From Planctomycetota bacterium (GTDB lineage Bacteria > Planctomycetota > PLA2 > JAEUHO01): a DNA stretch of 64,000 nucleotides. The notes beneath the pieces are model-generated. The model searched no databases, was not told the origin of the DNA, and saw only the letters and a program-made list of their open reading frames with translations. Location of the stretch: the NCBI GenBank assembly GCA_965222115.1, contig CBDCTJ010000001.1, positions 320,001 through 384,000 on the forward strand. The letters run 5' to 3'. Position 1 is the stretch's first letter, and each line of letters begins with the position of its first letter. Made by a program: the position numbers and the translations under genes. Positions 30,258 through 41,227 of this stretch are shown one piece after another.

Positions 30258-33200
30258 ATGAGCTATCGTCAGTTCGCATGGGCGTTGACTGCTGTTGTTG
30301 CAGCAGCAATCATTTATAGCCTTTCACGTTCACCGTCGAATTCGACGCGCACACCATCGAGTCGTTCGGGCAGTGCCACGAATCCATCGTCCAATTCAGA
30401 TTTGATGCGTTCGGCTGACAGCGACCTCAATGATGAAGCGAAGAGCGTTGGCTTGCGCGCACCGGTTCGAGATGCAGCGTCGCAGGGATTCGTTCGCCTT
30501 GCGGGCCAAGTGGTAGAGGCGGGGAATAAGAAGCCGATCGCAGGCGCCGCAATTTATCTGAAGCTGCAATCGCGCCACGTAGAACGCCAATTTGAGGACG
30601 AAGTCGACGAAGCGACGCTCAAGAGTGCGAAAGACGGAACATTTGAGTTTGGAAAACTCACGCCCGGAGTCTGGCTTTGCGTAATCTGGCATCCTAGCTA
30701 TACGCCGCCAGGTGCCTCCGGGGTTCTCGCTTCACTTGCGAACTTGACAGGGCTAGGCCGATCGCCCTTCATGCTCGACGTGCCGCCGAGAGCTCGTGGC
30801 GTGATCAAGAAGACTTATGAAATGTCCCGCGGCAGAGTCATTCATGGTCGAGTCATTGACGCGAATGGAGAGAGTATCTCGGACGTAGCGATTCGAATTC
30901 GGCTCCCCGAATCACTCGCGGATGATCTTCCGTACGGCATGGCTTCGACCTTGAACCAAATTACGGCCGCATGTCCACCGAAGATCGCGAAAGATGGCGC
31001 GTTTACGTTGGGGTGCATTCCAGCAGGAATTAGGGGCATTCGTATAGCTGCATACAAGAAGGGTTGTGCTTGCAAGTATGAATACGTAGACGGCGACCAA
31101 GAGGTGGTTCTTCGAGTCTTGCCTTGCGCTTCGATTGAGGGAAGGGTCACTGACTTCGATGGCAACGCAGCGAGCGACGCGTTTGTCGGCCTTTGGTCGG
31201 AAGAGGGAACCAGCGTTGACAACTGGGCCTACGAGGAAGTTCGGGACACAAAGACTAAGAAGGACGGCACCTACTCACTGATCGGGTTGCCGCCCACCGA
31301 CTGCCTGGTCTCTGCGGGATGGCAGGAGTCGTACTGGGAGACCAGTCGGTGGGTTGAGGCAATACGTCCAAGTGAGACGAGAAGCGACATCGAGTTGGCA
31401 ATAGGCACGCCACCGCGCCATATTCGCGCCTGCGTTCTCGGCCCCGACGGGGAGCCGAGACCCAACGCGTTTGTTTCGGTGCGCTCAAAAGCAACCGATC
31501 AACGTGATGCGGGAGGTGACGATCGCTTTGACGAAGATATTGAAGGAGTGACCCAAGCCTCTGGGCATGTAGATTTCTTCACACGACTGCCTGAACCGCT
31601 AGAATTTGTACATCGGACGAGGAATGCCGTCCATGTGTTGAAGCTCACGGGGACATCATCTGATGGTGAGCTCCGTCTCGTTACGCCGGCGACCATGCAC
31701 AACATAGATATTCACGTGCGGACGAAGTCGGGTGCGGCCATGAGATCATTTGAGGCACATATTGATCAGACCGGCGAGAGCGATGAGTTTCTAGTAACCG
31801 TAAACGGGCGGAATGGGAAAGCCTCGGCTCGCCGTTACGAAAAGCCACCCTTCACCATTCGAGTGCATCACGCGGTGGGAGGCGATGGCTCGCTGTACAA
31901 GCCCGAGGCACGCGTCGCTGATGCTAAGAACCTTCTAAAACCTCTTGAATTTGTGCTTTCGCCATCGGGTCCTCGATGCATCAAAATTCTGGATTCAAGT
32001 GGTCAACCACTCCCCGGCGTCGATGTTTCCATTCATACACGCCGGTGGAACGCGACGCCAAATACAACCGTTTCTTCGATTCAACCCAATAGCGACCGAG
32101 CGTTTCCCGTACCAATCCCAGATGAAACTTTCTACAGCGATTCCACACTTGTCATATCGCTTCCCGCTGGATTCGTGCCCGTTCGTGCGCGCTATGACAA
32201 ACGCTCCTACTATGAACCGATCGTCCCGATGCGCGCGGGTGAGATTGGCGGTCGAGTCATCTTTCCGGATTCCCTTTCGCTACCCCGTCCCCTGTCTCTC
32301 GAAGCGCGCTGGGACTGGAAGCAAAGTGATCCGCCCTGGCTGGATTACAAGGTTGAAATTCCTGTGGACGAACGCACCGGAGCGTTTCGCTCCCACAAAG
32401 TGCCACTCGATCGACCCATCGAGCTATTCCCAAAACACGCCGCGCTGATGAAACTTCGCCTTGTAACGCCGCCAACGATCTCCGTGCGAGCGGGCAAGAC
32501 GAACATCGAACTACCGCTTTCTTCAGGTTTGACAATTCAAGGGAAGGTGACTGTATCGGGCGCATCAGGACCCATGCATGTGGTCGCTATACCTACGCGA
32601 GGGCATTACACAAACAAGTTTGCCAAGGTTCGCCGAAACGGGACATTTGTACTTGAAGGCGTCTCGCCAGTTCCTCACAGAGTCATACTGTATAGCACAG
32701 ACGGATCGGGCATCAAATATGACGAAGCCATCGTTCCCGTGGGCAAGAATGTACACTTCGACATTGGTCGTCTCGATGTCCTCGAGATTCACGGCACCGT
32801 ACACAATGGAAAGGATGTGTGGATCTGGGAATCAAGTTCCACCCGAGTACTTGCCAATCTGTATGAATCCTCAGAGATCGACGCTCAAGTAGCAGCCGCC
32901 TTGCCCACTCGCTTACGCTACGACGTGGTGCTCGTTGCTGACAACTCAATTGGCTACAAGCTCGGCGTTAAGGCTGGCGATTCGATTCGAATGTCAACTT
33001 CACCCGCAGTATTTGTTGCGGGCGAGGTGGATCGCGAGCCAAGTAAGGATGATCGCTTAGTCTTCATTCCGACGGGTCGAGGCCCCAAGTTTTTGTGCTA
33101 TTTCAAAGGCACATCATTCGTCACGCCAGTCCTGCCTGGCCAGTACGACATCGCGTATCAGCCACGAGCGGGAACGCTGACGACGATTGCCAAGGACGTG

Positions 33201-33260
33201 AGCGCGGGTGGACGCGGACTGATGCTTCAATTGCCCACGCGCAAATCCAAGGCCAAGTAG
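30258..33260 (+). CDS. N-terminally anchored carboxypeptidase-regulatory-like repeat protein with no sigma domain
   Basis: N-terminal TM helix; repeated GQVVEAGNKKPIAGA / GRVIDANGE / GRVTDFDGN units; TACAGT box 6 nt before the ATG. Confidence 0.8.
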   Translation: MSYRQFAWALTAVVAAAIIYSLSRSPSNSTRTPSSRSGSATNPSSNSDLMRSADSDLNDEAKSVGLRAPVRDAASQGFVRLAGQVVEAGNKKPIAGAAIYLKLQSRHVERQFEDEVDEATLKSAKDGTFEFGKLTPGVWLCVIWHPSYTPPGASGVLASLANLTGLGRSPFMLDVPPRARGVIKKTYEMSRGRVIHGRVIDANGESISDVAIRIRLPESLADDLPYGMASTLNQITAACPPKIAKDGAFTLGCIPAGIRGIRIAAYKKGCACKYEYVDGDQEVVLRVLPCASIEGRVTDFDGNAASDAFVGLWSEEGTSVDNWAYEEVRDTKTKKDGTYSLIGLPPTDCLVSAGWQESYWETSRWVEAIRPSETRSDIELAIGTPPRHIRACVLGPDGEPRPNAFVSVRSKATDQRDAGGDDRFDEDIEGVTQASGHVDFFTRLPEPLEFVHRTRNAVHVLKLTGTSSDGELRLVTPATMHNIDIHVRTKSGAAMRSFEAHIDQTGESDEFLVTVNGRNGKASARRYEKPPFTIRVHHAVGGDGSLYKPEARVADAKNLLKPLEFVLSPSGPRCIKILDSSGQPLPGVDVSIHTRRWNATPNTTVSSIQPNSDRAFPVPIPDETFYSDSTLVISLPAGFVPVRARYDKRSYYEPIVPMRAGEIGGRVIFPDSLSLPRPLSLEARWDWKQSDPPWLDYKVEIPVDERTGAFRSHKVPLDRPIELFPKHAALMKLRLVTPPTISVRAGKTNIELPLSSGLTIQGKVTVSGASGPMHVVAIPTRGHYTNKFAKVRRNGTFVLEGVSPVPHRVILYSTDGSGIKYDEAIVPVGKNVHFDIGRLDVLEIHGTVHNGKDVWIWESSSTRVLANLYESSEIDAQVAAALPTRLRYDVVLVADNSIGYKLGVKAGDSIRMSTSPAVFVAGEVDREPSKDDRLVFIPTGRGPKFLCYFKGTSFVTPVLPGQYDIAYQPRAGTLTTIAKDVSAGGRGLMLQLPTRKSKAK

Positions 33261-33498
33261 CTAAGAGCGGGTCCTCCCGTCCACGCCGACAACTCCGCAT
33301 CGCGTAGGGAAACTTCCCATCAACGAAGTCAAGATCTTTCCGAACTGATGGCGGCGCGAATGTGACGTGTTCTTTACAGTACGTCCATATTGGGCCGATG
33401 TATGCGTGTACGAAGTTTCGGAGAACTGGCCGAGCCGAATGGGGCGGGTACCCTTTTGGAACCGACGGTCATCTTGGCCCGCCAGCGAGACACGACGA

Positions 33499-34518
33499 AT
33501 GTCGATTACCGGTACGAAAAAGCCCAAGGACGGCAATACGCTCAAGGACCGCAGCAAGCCCAAAGACAGCGGCAAGTCGAAGGGATCCCGAAAGCCCAAG
33601 GGCAATAAGAAGATTCGTACGCTTACGAAGAAGCGTGCTGGCGATCTTCCCGTTGCGCCCAGCAGGAGCTACTTGGATATGCTGGCCAAGCGCCTGAAGA
33701 CCAAAGACCGTGAAAAAATCATGAACGCGGCCCTGGCAAAATTTGCAAGCTCCGAGGCCCTTAAGCCCTACCAAGCAGAGCTCATCAAGTTGCAGGCCCA
33801 CCTGGAGCGCACGAAACGCAAACTCATCATTTTGTTTGACGGTCGCGATGCATCGGGCAAGGGCGGCACCATTCGTCGCCTAACGCGCTACATGAATGAG
33901 AAGCACTACGATGTTGTGGCGCTCGGCAAACCAAGCGATGAGCAACGCACCGAACTTCACATGAAGCGTTACATCGAACGCTTCCCTCACGCGGGTGAGA
34001 TCACACTCTTCGATCGCAGTTGGTACAACCGCGCCATGGTGGAACCGGTCATGGGGTTTTGTACGAAGGCGCAGTACCGCAGCTTTATGGCACGTGTAAA
34101 CGACTACGAAGAGAGCTTTATCGCCGACGGAAAGACGACGCTCATCAAGCTCTACTTTTCGGTCACCAAGAAGGAACAGGCGCGTCGCTTTGAGCGTCGC
34201 CGCAACGATCCCTTGCGCCAATGGAAGTTGAGCGAGGTCGATCTTCAGGCGCAGGAGCTCTGGTCGGAGTTCACAAAGGCAAAATACCGACTACTACAAA
34301 AGACCCACACCAAGAAGAACCCCTGGTTTGTCATCCGGTCAGACAACAAACACAAGGCGCGCCTTCAAACCATGAAGCTCATTCTCTCTCGAGTGCGCTA
34401 CCAGGGACGCAGCCGCAAACTCGACTTCACACCCGACCCCAAGATCGTAATTCCCGGGGATGTCGAGTGCCGCCGCATGGAACGAGAACGCCGAAAGTAC
34501 GGCAAGTTTAAGAGCTGA
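33499..34518 (+). CDS. ppk2: Polyphosphate kinase 2 with a Lys-rich N-terminal extension
   Basis: FDGRDASGKGGTIRR, FDRSWYNRAMVEPVMGFC, QWKLSEVD. Start position uncertain. Confidence 0.93.
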   Translation: MSITGTKKPKDGNTLKDRSKPKDSGKSKGSRKPKGNKKIRTLTKKRAGDLPVAPSRSYLDMLAKRLKTKDREKIMNAALAKFASSEALKPYQAELIKLQAHLERTKRKLIILFDGRDASGKGGTIRRLTRYMNEKHYDVVALGKPSDEQRTELHMKRYIERFPHAGEITLFDRSWYNRAMVEPVMGFCTKAQYRSFMARVNDYEESFIADGKTTLIKLYFSVTKKEQARRFERRRNDPLRQWKLSEVDLQAQELWSEFTKAKYRLLQKTHTKKNPWFVIRSDNKHKARLQTMKLILSRVRYQGRSRKLDFTPDPKIVIPGDVECRRMERERRKYGKFKS

Positions 34519-34689
34519 GTCGTGCGCGGCGCCCCCTCGGGCCATTGAGATACGCCCGGCCCACGGATCGCACGCTTTCACGGAAGGAGCGCCCGTGCGA
34601 AGCGGGCGAAACGTTGTGGGTAGACGCTAGAATCTCGGGGCCCCCGGAGCGCGAATGAATCGCCTTTCGGCGCGGCGTGGGAGTGATCC

Positions 34690-36624
34690 ATGAGCATGCG
34701 GACGCGTTTGAGAACTTCAAGGCACTTGTTCTCCGCCCGAGCGCTTTCCTGGGGACTCCTGGTCTGCGCGGCCACGCTCTGCTCCGCCTGTGGGGGTGAC
34801 AAGAAGAAGGACATCACGGCCACCGCCGTGAAGGACTACAAGGTCACCTTCCCCGATCCCGTGCCCTTCAATCCGGACGAGTGGACGACGAACACCGACT
34901 ACCCACTCATTGGCGACCCGCGCGCCAAACGCGATATGCAGGACCGACCATTTGTAGAAGTCTGGCAGTCGTTTTTACCAACGCTTCGATTGGATGGCCC
35001 CAACTCAAATCGAGTCGAGTCTCGAACGATTCAACTCATGATGTATGAATCGTTGATTGATATCCACCCCGAAACCGAAGAGTACATTCCGCTTCTGGCC
35101 TCCCACTGGAAGGTTGAAGAAAACGCAGATGATGGCACACAGACCTTTTGGTTTCGGATTAACGAGAATGCACGATTTTCGGATGGCAGCGAAGTAACGG
35201 CGGACGACGTTCAAGCCACATGGTGGCACCTGTCCCAGGAGGACCGGAAAGACCCCATGCGACGCCTTGTGTTTCATGAAGGGTACGAAGAACCCGAGAT
35301 CATTGATAAGTACATCGTCAAAGTGAAGTCGAAGAAAAAGTCGTGGCGTCAGTTTCTATACTTCGGCGGCATGCTGATTCGACCGGCCAAGTATCTTCGT
35401 ATACCCGGAAAGCAATTCTTAAAGGAGTACAACTGGAAGTATATGCCCGGAACAGGACCCTACTACCTCGCAAGCGGCAAAGACCTCAAGAAAGGCACCT
35501 CCATTACCATCACTCGCCGAAGGGATTGGTGGGCCGAAGACGAGCGCTGGGCCAAACACATGTACAACTTCGGGAAGATCAAGTTCCTCACGATCACGGA
35601 TCGAGAACTACAGTATGAAAAATTCAAGAATGGTGAACTCGATTGGTTCCGCGCAACTCGAGCACAGCGTTGGGTAGAAGAAATACCCAAGGAAAAGATC
35701 GTGAAGAACGGGTGGGTGCAACGCAGAAAGATCTTTAGCGAAGCGCCCGAAGGATTCTCGGGCTTCGCATTCAATATGCGAAAGCCGCCCTTCAACGACA
35801 AGCGCGTGCGTCTCGCATTTGCCCACCTATTCAACCGCAAACGATTGATCAATCGACTCTTCTTCAATGAGTACGACTATATAGATAGCTACTTCCCCGG
35901 GCGTGACTGGGGCGATCCCGATGCCAACGAGAAGATTCGATTTGATCCAGATCGCGCAGAAGAACTTTTGGCAGAAGCAGGGTACAAGGAGCGCGATGAA
36001 GAAGGCTACTTACTCGATAGCAACGGCAAGCGATTTGAAGTCACACTTCCCTATGGCTATCAGAATTGGGAGCGAATTTGGCTAGTCGTCAAAGAAGACT
36101 ACGAGAACGCCGGCATCAAATTCAATCTGGAACTCATCGACGCATCGACACTGATCAAGAAGGTGTCCCAACGTCAATTCGATATTCACTTTCAATCGTG
36201 GGGCGCGCTCCTGTTCCCGAATCCAGAGACATCGTGGCGGTCGGATCTAGCGGAGAAGGACAATAACAACAACCTTCCTGGCTTCAAGAGCAAGAAAGTG
36301 GACGATTTACTCAAGAAGTACGACATAACCATGGATCGAAAGCAGCAGAAGGAGATTATGCGCGAAATCGATCGCACAATCTTTCCAGAGGTTCCTTACG
36401 CGCTCGGTTGGTATGCCGGATACAAGCGCATTCTCTACTGGAACCGATTTGGCCATCCCGATTCGTACTTCACGCGTATTGGGCAAGTACCGCCACGTGA
36501 AATGATGAAGCTTTGGTGGTACGACAAAGACAGGCACGATTCCCTGGAGGCCGCAAAGAAGGCGGGCGACTCACTCCCTATTGGCGAGACAGATGTGAAG
36601 CCATGGGCGGATAAGAAGAACTGA
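34690..36624 (+). CDS. ABC transporter substrate-binding lipoprotein, family 5 (YejA-like)
   Basis: Lipobox CSAC; MYESLI, ARFSDGSEVTADDV, GTGPY, FNMRKPPFNDKRVRLA. Confidence 0.9.
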   Translation: MSMRTRLRTSRHLFSARALSWGLLVCAATLCSACGGDKKKDITATAVKDYKVTFPDPVPFNPDEWTTNTDYPLIGDPRAKRDMQDRPFVEVWQSFLPTLRLDGPNSNRVESRTIQLMMYESLIDIHPETEEYIPLLASHWKVEENADDGTQTFWFRINENARFSDGSEVTADDVQATWWHLSQEDRKDPMRRLVFHEGYEEPEIIDKYIVKVKSKKKSWRQFLYFGGMLIRPAKYLRIPGKQFLKEYNWKYMPGTGPYYLASGKDLKKGTSITITRRRDWWAEDERWAKHMYNFGKIKFLTITDRELQYEKFKNGELDWFRATRAQRWVEEIPKEKIVKNGWVQRRKIFSEAPEGFSGFAFNMRKPPFNDKRVRLAFAHLFNRKRLINRLFFNEYDYIDSYFPGRDWGDPDANEKIRFDPDRAEELLAEAGYKERDEEGYLLDSNGKRFEVTLPYGYQNWERIWLVVKEDYENAGIKFNLELIDASTLIKKVSQRQFDIHFQSWGALLFPNPETSWRSDLAEKDNNNNLPGFKSKKVDDLLKKYDITMDRKQQKEIMREIDRTIFPEVPYALGWYAGYKRILYWNRFGHPDSYFTRIGQVPPREMMKLWWYDKDRHDSLEAAKKAGDSLPIGETDVKPWADKKN

Positions 36625-36683
36625 GCGTGCCACCGGTTGTCGTCGAGCAATAGCGTCAAGAGCGGACGAAGGAGAATCTTCAC

Positions 36684-37769
36684 GTGCACGGGATGGTCAG
36701 CTACTTCATTCGGCGACTGTTGCTAGTACCCGTCACATTCGTTTGTATTACTCTTCTCGTCTATACCGTAATTCGTCTGGCGCCAGGCGGTCCAATCGAG
36801 CAGGCCAAGGTCCAAATGCAGCAAGCCATGGCCAACGAAGGTGGTGGCGGTTCTACAGCATCAGAAAATTTAGACCTCCCCCAAGAAGCAATCGATCAAC
36901 TCAAACAGTACTACAAGCTCGACAAGTCAATTCCCGTTGGCTACCTCATCTGGCTCGGCTTGTACCCCGACGAAGAGAAAGGTGGATTTAGCGGCATTCT
37001 TCAAGGTGACTTTGGCACATCATACCGCTTTTCGGATCCCGTCCTTGACACGATTATTTCAAAGTTCCCGATCTCTATTTACTTCGGCTTGATTGGTTAC
37101 TTACTTACGTGGGTCATCTGCATACCGCTTGGTATCAAGAAGGCACTTAAGCACCGCTCGATGTTTGACACCGGGACATCCATGGCTGTATTCCTGGGCT
37201 ACTCCGTGCCCGGATTTGTAGCTGCGTTGATTCTCATGCTTCTGTTTGCCACAGATCTGATCGGCTTGAATATCTTCCCACTCGGTGGATTCCGATCCGA
37301 CAACTGGCAGGAAATGTGGGACGAGGGGAACTACTGGTGGTGCATCAAGGATCAGTTGCACCACACCGTCATTCCCATCGCGGGATACGTCATGGGAGGG
37401 TTCGCCACCATGACGATTCTGATGAAGAACTCATTACTCGACAACCTAGGCGCCGACTACGTACGCACCGCGTTCGCAAAGGGACTCTCAGAAGGTCGGG
37501 TGACCTATGTCCACGCCCTACGCAACTCACTCATCCCCATATGCGTCGGTGCAGGACACGCGATCGGATTGCTGCTTGCGGGGTCATTCCTCATAGAGAA
37601 GACATGCAACATTCCCGGCATGGGTCTGCTGGGTTACATGTCGCTCGTTGAACGTGACTATCCGGTGCTCATGGGCATTCTGGTGTTTGCGGTGTCGCTA
37701 CGATTGCTGGGGAACATTCTCTCCGATCTAATTCTGGCCTTGGTTGACCCAAGGGTTCGGTTTAGCTAG
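36684..37769 (+). CDS. ABC transporter permease (YejB-like)
   Basis: YFIRRLLL, LAPGGPIEQA, YVRTAFAKGL, DPRVRF. Confidence 0.92.
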   Translation: MHGMVSYFIRRLLLVPVTFVCITLLVYTVIRLAPGGPIEQAKVQMQQAMANEGGGGSTASENLDLPQEAIDQLKQYYKLDKSIPVGYLIWLGLYPDEEKGGFSGILQGDFGTSYRFSDPVLDTIISKFPISIYFGLIGYLLTWVICIPLGIKKALKHRSMFDTGTSMAVFLGYSVPGFVAALILMLLFATDLIGLNIFPLGGFRSDNWQEMWDEGNYWWCIKDQLHHTVIPIAGYVMGGFATMTILMKNSLLDNLGADYVRTAFAKGLSEGRVTYVHALRNSLIPICVGAGHAIGLLLAGSFLIEKTCNIPGMGLLGYMSLVERDYPVLMGILVFAVSLRLLGNILSDLILALVDPRVRFS

Positions 37770-37786
37770 AGGAGGGCGCGAAACAC

Positions 37787-39181
37787 GTGGGCGTACTATT
37801 CACCGTTCTCCAGCTCGCCGTGGCTCTCTTCTTGGGCTACGCGGTCGCGCACAAAGTGATCCCATGGATCGTCGTACGCGTGGGACGGCTGCTTGGCTTT
37901 CGCATGCAGGCCACCCCCACGACCGCAAAGCGATTGCGCCGATTTCGGTCGATCAAACGAGGCTACTGGTCCTACATCGCCATTACCACGCTGTTTGTTA
38001 CGTCCCTCTTTCTGGAAGTTTTGGTGAACAAGCGGGCCATCGTGGCGTCGTACGATGGAAAGCTTGCTTTCCCGGCAGTGTCTGAATGGCTCGACAAAGC
38101 ACTGTTTTTCGCAAAGATCAATCCGTTCGAGAAGAAGAGCGACTTTGGTCAAATCGGCGATAGCGAAGTGGACTATCGCCTTTTTGAGGATTATTCAGAG
38201 AATCCCGAACTACTGAGAAAGAACGTTGAAGAAAAACGCGCGGAGCTAGACCTGCAGCGCGCGCAGCATAAGGAGAACACGCCCGGGCCCAACGCCAAGA
38301 ATCACCAAAAACGCAAGTGGGAGCGCGAAGCTCGAAAGCTCGCAAAACACGAAGGCCAAATCAAGGAGATGGAGAAGCATCTCAAGGTGTTCGAAAATGG
38401 CAACGCATGGTGCATCATGCCGCTCTACCCCTACTCGCCCGAAGACATACGCGATGAGATAGACGCCCGCCCGCCCAACCCGCCGAGTATGCGTCTCGGC
38501 ATTCCGCTTGGCACCGACGTATCGGGTCGCGACCTTGTGCCGATCATGCTCTACGGATTCCGAATCTCAATACTGTTCGCACTTATCGTCGCCTTCGTGG
38601 GCTATCTCGTCGGGATTGTTGTGGGTGGGTTCCAAGGCTATTACGGTGGCTGGGTAGATATTTTGTCGCAGCGATTCGTCGAGATTTGGGGATCAATCCC
38701 GTTTCTATTCGTAATCATGATTCTCGCCTCGCTCATTAGGCCAGACTTCATTGTGCTGGTGATCATGCTCATAGTTCTCCGAAGCTGGCTTGGAATTACC
38801 TACTACGTGCGCGGCGAGTTCTATCGTGAAAAGTCGAAGGATTATGTTCAGGCCGCTGTAGGAGCGGGTGTTTCCGACTGGAAGATCATTACGCGCCACA
38901 TACTTCCGAATGCGCTGGTTCCCGTTGTCACGTTTGCGCCCTTCGCCATAGTGGCCTATATCTCTACGCTCGTTTCGTTAGATTACCTCGGCTTCGGATT
39001 ACCCCCAGGCACACCTAGTTGGGGCGCCCTGCTTCGTCAGGGACTCGAACGAGTAAAATTTTCCCCACACCTACTCATCGTCCCCACTGTGGCCATGGCC
39101 GCCACGCTCTATTGCGTGGTCATGATTGGCGAAGCGGTGCGTGAAGCGTTCGACCCCAAGGTCTTCTCGAGGTTGAGGTAG
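37787..39181 (+). CDS. ABC transporter permease (YejE-like)
   Basis: RRFRSIKRGYWS, LGTDVSGRD, LDYLGFGLPPGTPSWG, REAFDP. Confidence 0.92.
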   Translation: MGVLFTVLQLAVALFLGYAVAHKVIPWIVVRVGRLLGFRMQATPTTAKRLRRFRSIKRGYWSYIAITTLFVTSLFLEVLVNKRAIVASYDGKLAFPAVSEWLDKALFFAKINPFEKKSDFGQIGDSEVDYRLFEDYSENPELLRKNVEEKRAELDLQRAQHKENTPGPNAKNHQKRKWEREARKLAKHEGQIKEMEKHLKVFENGNAWCIMPLYPYSPEDIRDEIDARPPNPPSMRLGIPLGTDVSGRDLVPIMLYGFRISILFALIVAFVGYLVGIVVGGFQGYYGGWVDILSQRFVEIWGSIPFLFVIMILASLIRPDFIVLVIMLIVLRSWLGITYYVRGEFYREKSKDYVQAAVGAGVSDWKIITRHILPNALVPVVTFAPFAIVAYISTLVSLDYLGFGLPPGTPSWGALLRQGLERVKFSPHLLIVPTVAMAATLYCVVMIGEAVREAFDPKVFSRLR

Positions 39182-39188
39182 TGATTCG

Positions 39189-40208
39189 ATGAGCCAAGGC
39201 GAACGAAAGAAGCTCCTTGAGGTCAAGGGCCTCAAGACCTATTTCAAGGTCGAAAACCGCGTGGCCAAGGCGGTGGATGGTGTCGACTTTCACATCTACG
39301 AGAACGAGGTGTTTGGACTTGTTGGCGAGTCCGGTAGCGGCAAGTCGGTCACGGCGCTTTCGATCATTCGCTTGATTCCCAATCCACCCGGATGGATCGA
39401 GGCCGGTGAAATCAACTTCCGCGGCAAGAGTATGCTCGACATGCCCATCGAAGACGTGCGCGCGATTCGCGGCAACGACATCTCAATGATCTTTCAAGAG
39501 CCCATGACGGCGCTCAACCCGGTATTCAGCATTGGCTTCCAACTTATGGAGGCCATCCGCGAACACGCCGACGTCGATAAGGACGAGGCACGCGATCGCG
39601 CGGCAGAGATGCTTCGCCGCGTGGGAATTCCCGATCCACGGGCGCGGCTCAAGAACTACCCCCATCAGTTTTCAGGCGGCATGCGGCAACGCGCCATGAT
39701 TGCTATGGCATTGTCGATGCATCCCGCGCTCTTGATAGCAGACGAACCGACCACGGCGCTGGACGTAACGATTCAGGCGCAGATCCTGGAACTCATGTTG
39801 AAGGCACGTGAGGAGACGGGCGACGCCTCGATTCTCCTGATCACACACGACCTCGCCGTTGTTGCCGAAACGTGTCAGCGCGTGGCCGTGATGTACGGCG
39901 GAAAGATCCAAGAGATTGCGCCGGTGGAAGAACTCTTCGCCGATCCCAAACATCCCTACACACGCGGGTTGCTCAAGTCGCTTCCGCGTCCAGACCGCGA
40001 GCGCAAGGCGCGACTCGACGCCATTCCCGGCATCGTGCCAAGCGTCTTTGAGTTCCCCAAGGGCTGTAAGTTCTGGACGCGCTGCGATGAGAAGATCGAC
40101 CTGTGCGAACAGGAGGAGCCGGCGCTCGTGGATGTGGCTCCCGGACGTCGCTGCCGTTGTCACCTCGTAGACGCGATGGAGTCGCCCTCATCGGAGGCGT
40201 CCCAGTGA
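39189..40208 (+). CDS. Oligopeptide ABC transporter ATPase (OppD-like)
   Basis: GESGSGKS, IFQEPMTALNP, YPHQFSGGMRQR, HPYT, Cys-rich tail. Confidence 0.95.
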   Translation: MSQGERKKLLEVKGLKTYFKVENRVAKAVDGVDFHIYENEVFGLVGESGSGKSVTALSIIRLIPNPPGWIEAGEINFRGKSMLDMPIEDVRAIRGNDISMIFQEPMTALNPVFSIGFQLMEAIREHADVDKDEARDRAAEMLRRVGIPDPRARLKNYPHQFSGGMRQRAMIAMALSMHPALLIADEPTTALDVTIQAQILELMLKAREETGDASILLITHDLAVVAETCQRVAVMYGGKIQEIAPVEELFADPKHPYTRGLLKSLPRPDRERKARLDAIPGIVPSVFEFPKGCKFWTRCDEKIDLCEQEEPALVDVAPGRRCRCHLVDAMESPSSEASQ

Positions 40209-41221
40209 GCGGCTACCAACCCACCGACGACACCATCCTTGAGGTCAAGAACCTCAAGATCTATTACCCGATTCACGCCGGTGTGTTCTTGCGCCATGTG
40301 GGTGACGTCAAAGCCGTGGACGGCCTCAACTTTCACATTCGACAGGGCGAAACGCTCGGCCTCGTAGGCGAGTCGGGATGCGGCAAGACCACCGTCGGCA
40401 AAGGCATCATGAAACTGGTCAAGATCACCGAGGGCGAGCTCAATTTCACCCGCCGTAATGGTGAGACCCTCGACTTGGTGCCCCTCTCGCGCGGCGACAT
40501 GCGGCCCATTCGCGCCGAAATTCAAATGATCTATCAAGATCCCTACTCCTCGCTCAATCCGCGTTGGTCGGTACGCGACATCATCGCCGAACCCATGCGC
40601 GTACACACGCCCAAGATGACGCGCAAGGAACGCGACGAAAAAGTGGCATGGCTGCTTGAGAAGGTGGGACTTCGCGGCGAGCAAGCCCATCGCTACCCCC
40701 ATGAGTTCAGCGGCGGGCAACGTCAACGCGTAGGCATTGCGCGCGCGCTCTCGACGAATCCTCGACTCGTGCTCTCCGATGAACCGGTTTCGGCGCTCGA
40801 CGTGTCGATTCAGGCGCAAGTCATCAACCTCATGCAGGATCTGCAGGAAGAGTTTGGCCTCACGTATCTGTTCATTGCCCACGACTTGTCGGTGGTGGAG
40901 CACATCAGTCACCGCATTGCCGTCATGTACTTGGGCAATATCGTTGAACTCGGGCCGGGCCAGCGCGTATACGAGAACGCGCTGCATCCCTACTCAAAGG
41001 CGTTGCTCTCGGCCGTGCCGCTTCCGGATCCTTCGCTCAAGCGGCCGGAACGTGTCACGCTCGAAGGCGAAGTGCCGAGCCCCCGAGCCAAACCCTCGGG
41101 ATGCGCATTCCGCACGCGCTGCCCACTCGCGGAAGATTCCTGCGCCGAGACAATCCCTCAGCTCCAAGAGCTTGAGAAGGACCACTTTGTTGCCTGCCCG
41201 ATCATTGCCAAGAAGGGCTAG
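40205..41221 (+). CDS. Oligopeptide ABC transporter ATPase (OppF-like)
   Basis: GTG 40205 overlaps the upstream stop; GESGCGKT, YPHEFSGGQRQR, DEPVSALD. Confidence 0.95.
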   Translation: MSGYQPTDDTILEVKNLKIYYPIHAGVFLRHVGDVKAVDGLNFHIRQGETLGLVGESGCGKTTVGKGIMKLVKITEGELNFTRRNGETLDLVPLSRGDMRPIRAEIQMIYQDPYSSLNPRWSVRDIIAEPMRVHTPKMTRKERDEKVAWLLEKVGLRGEQAHRYPHEFSGGQRQRVGIARALSTNPRLVLSDEPVSALDVSIQAQVINLMQDLQEEFGLTYLFIAHDLSVVEHISHRIAVMYLGNIVELGPGQRVYENALHPYSKALLSAVPLPDPSLKRPERVTLEGEVPSPRAKPSGCAFRTRCPLAEDSCAETIPQLQELEKDHFVACPIIAKKG

Positions 41222-41227
41222 CAGGGA

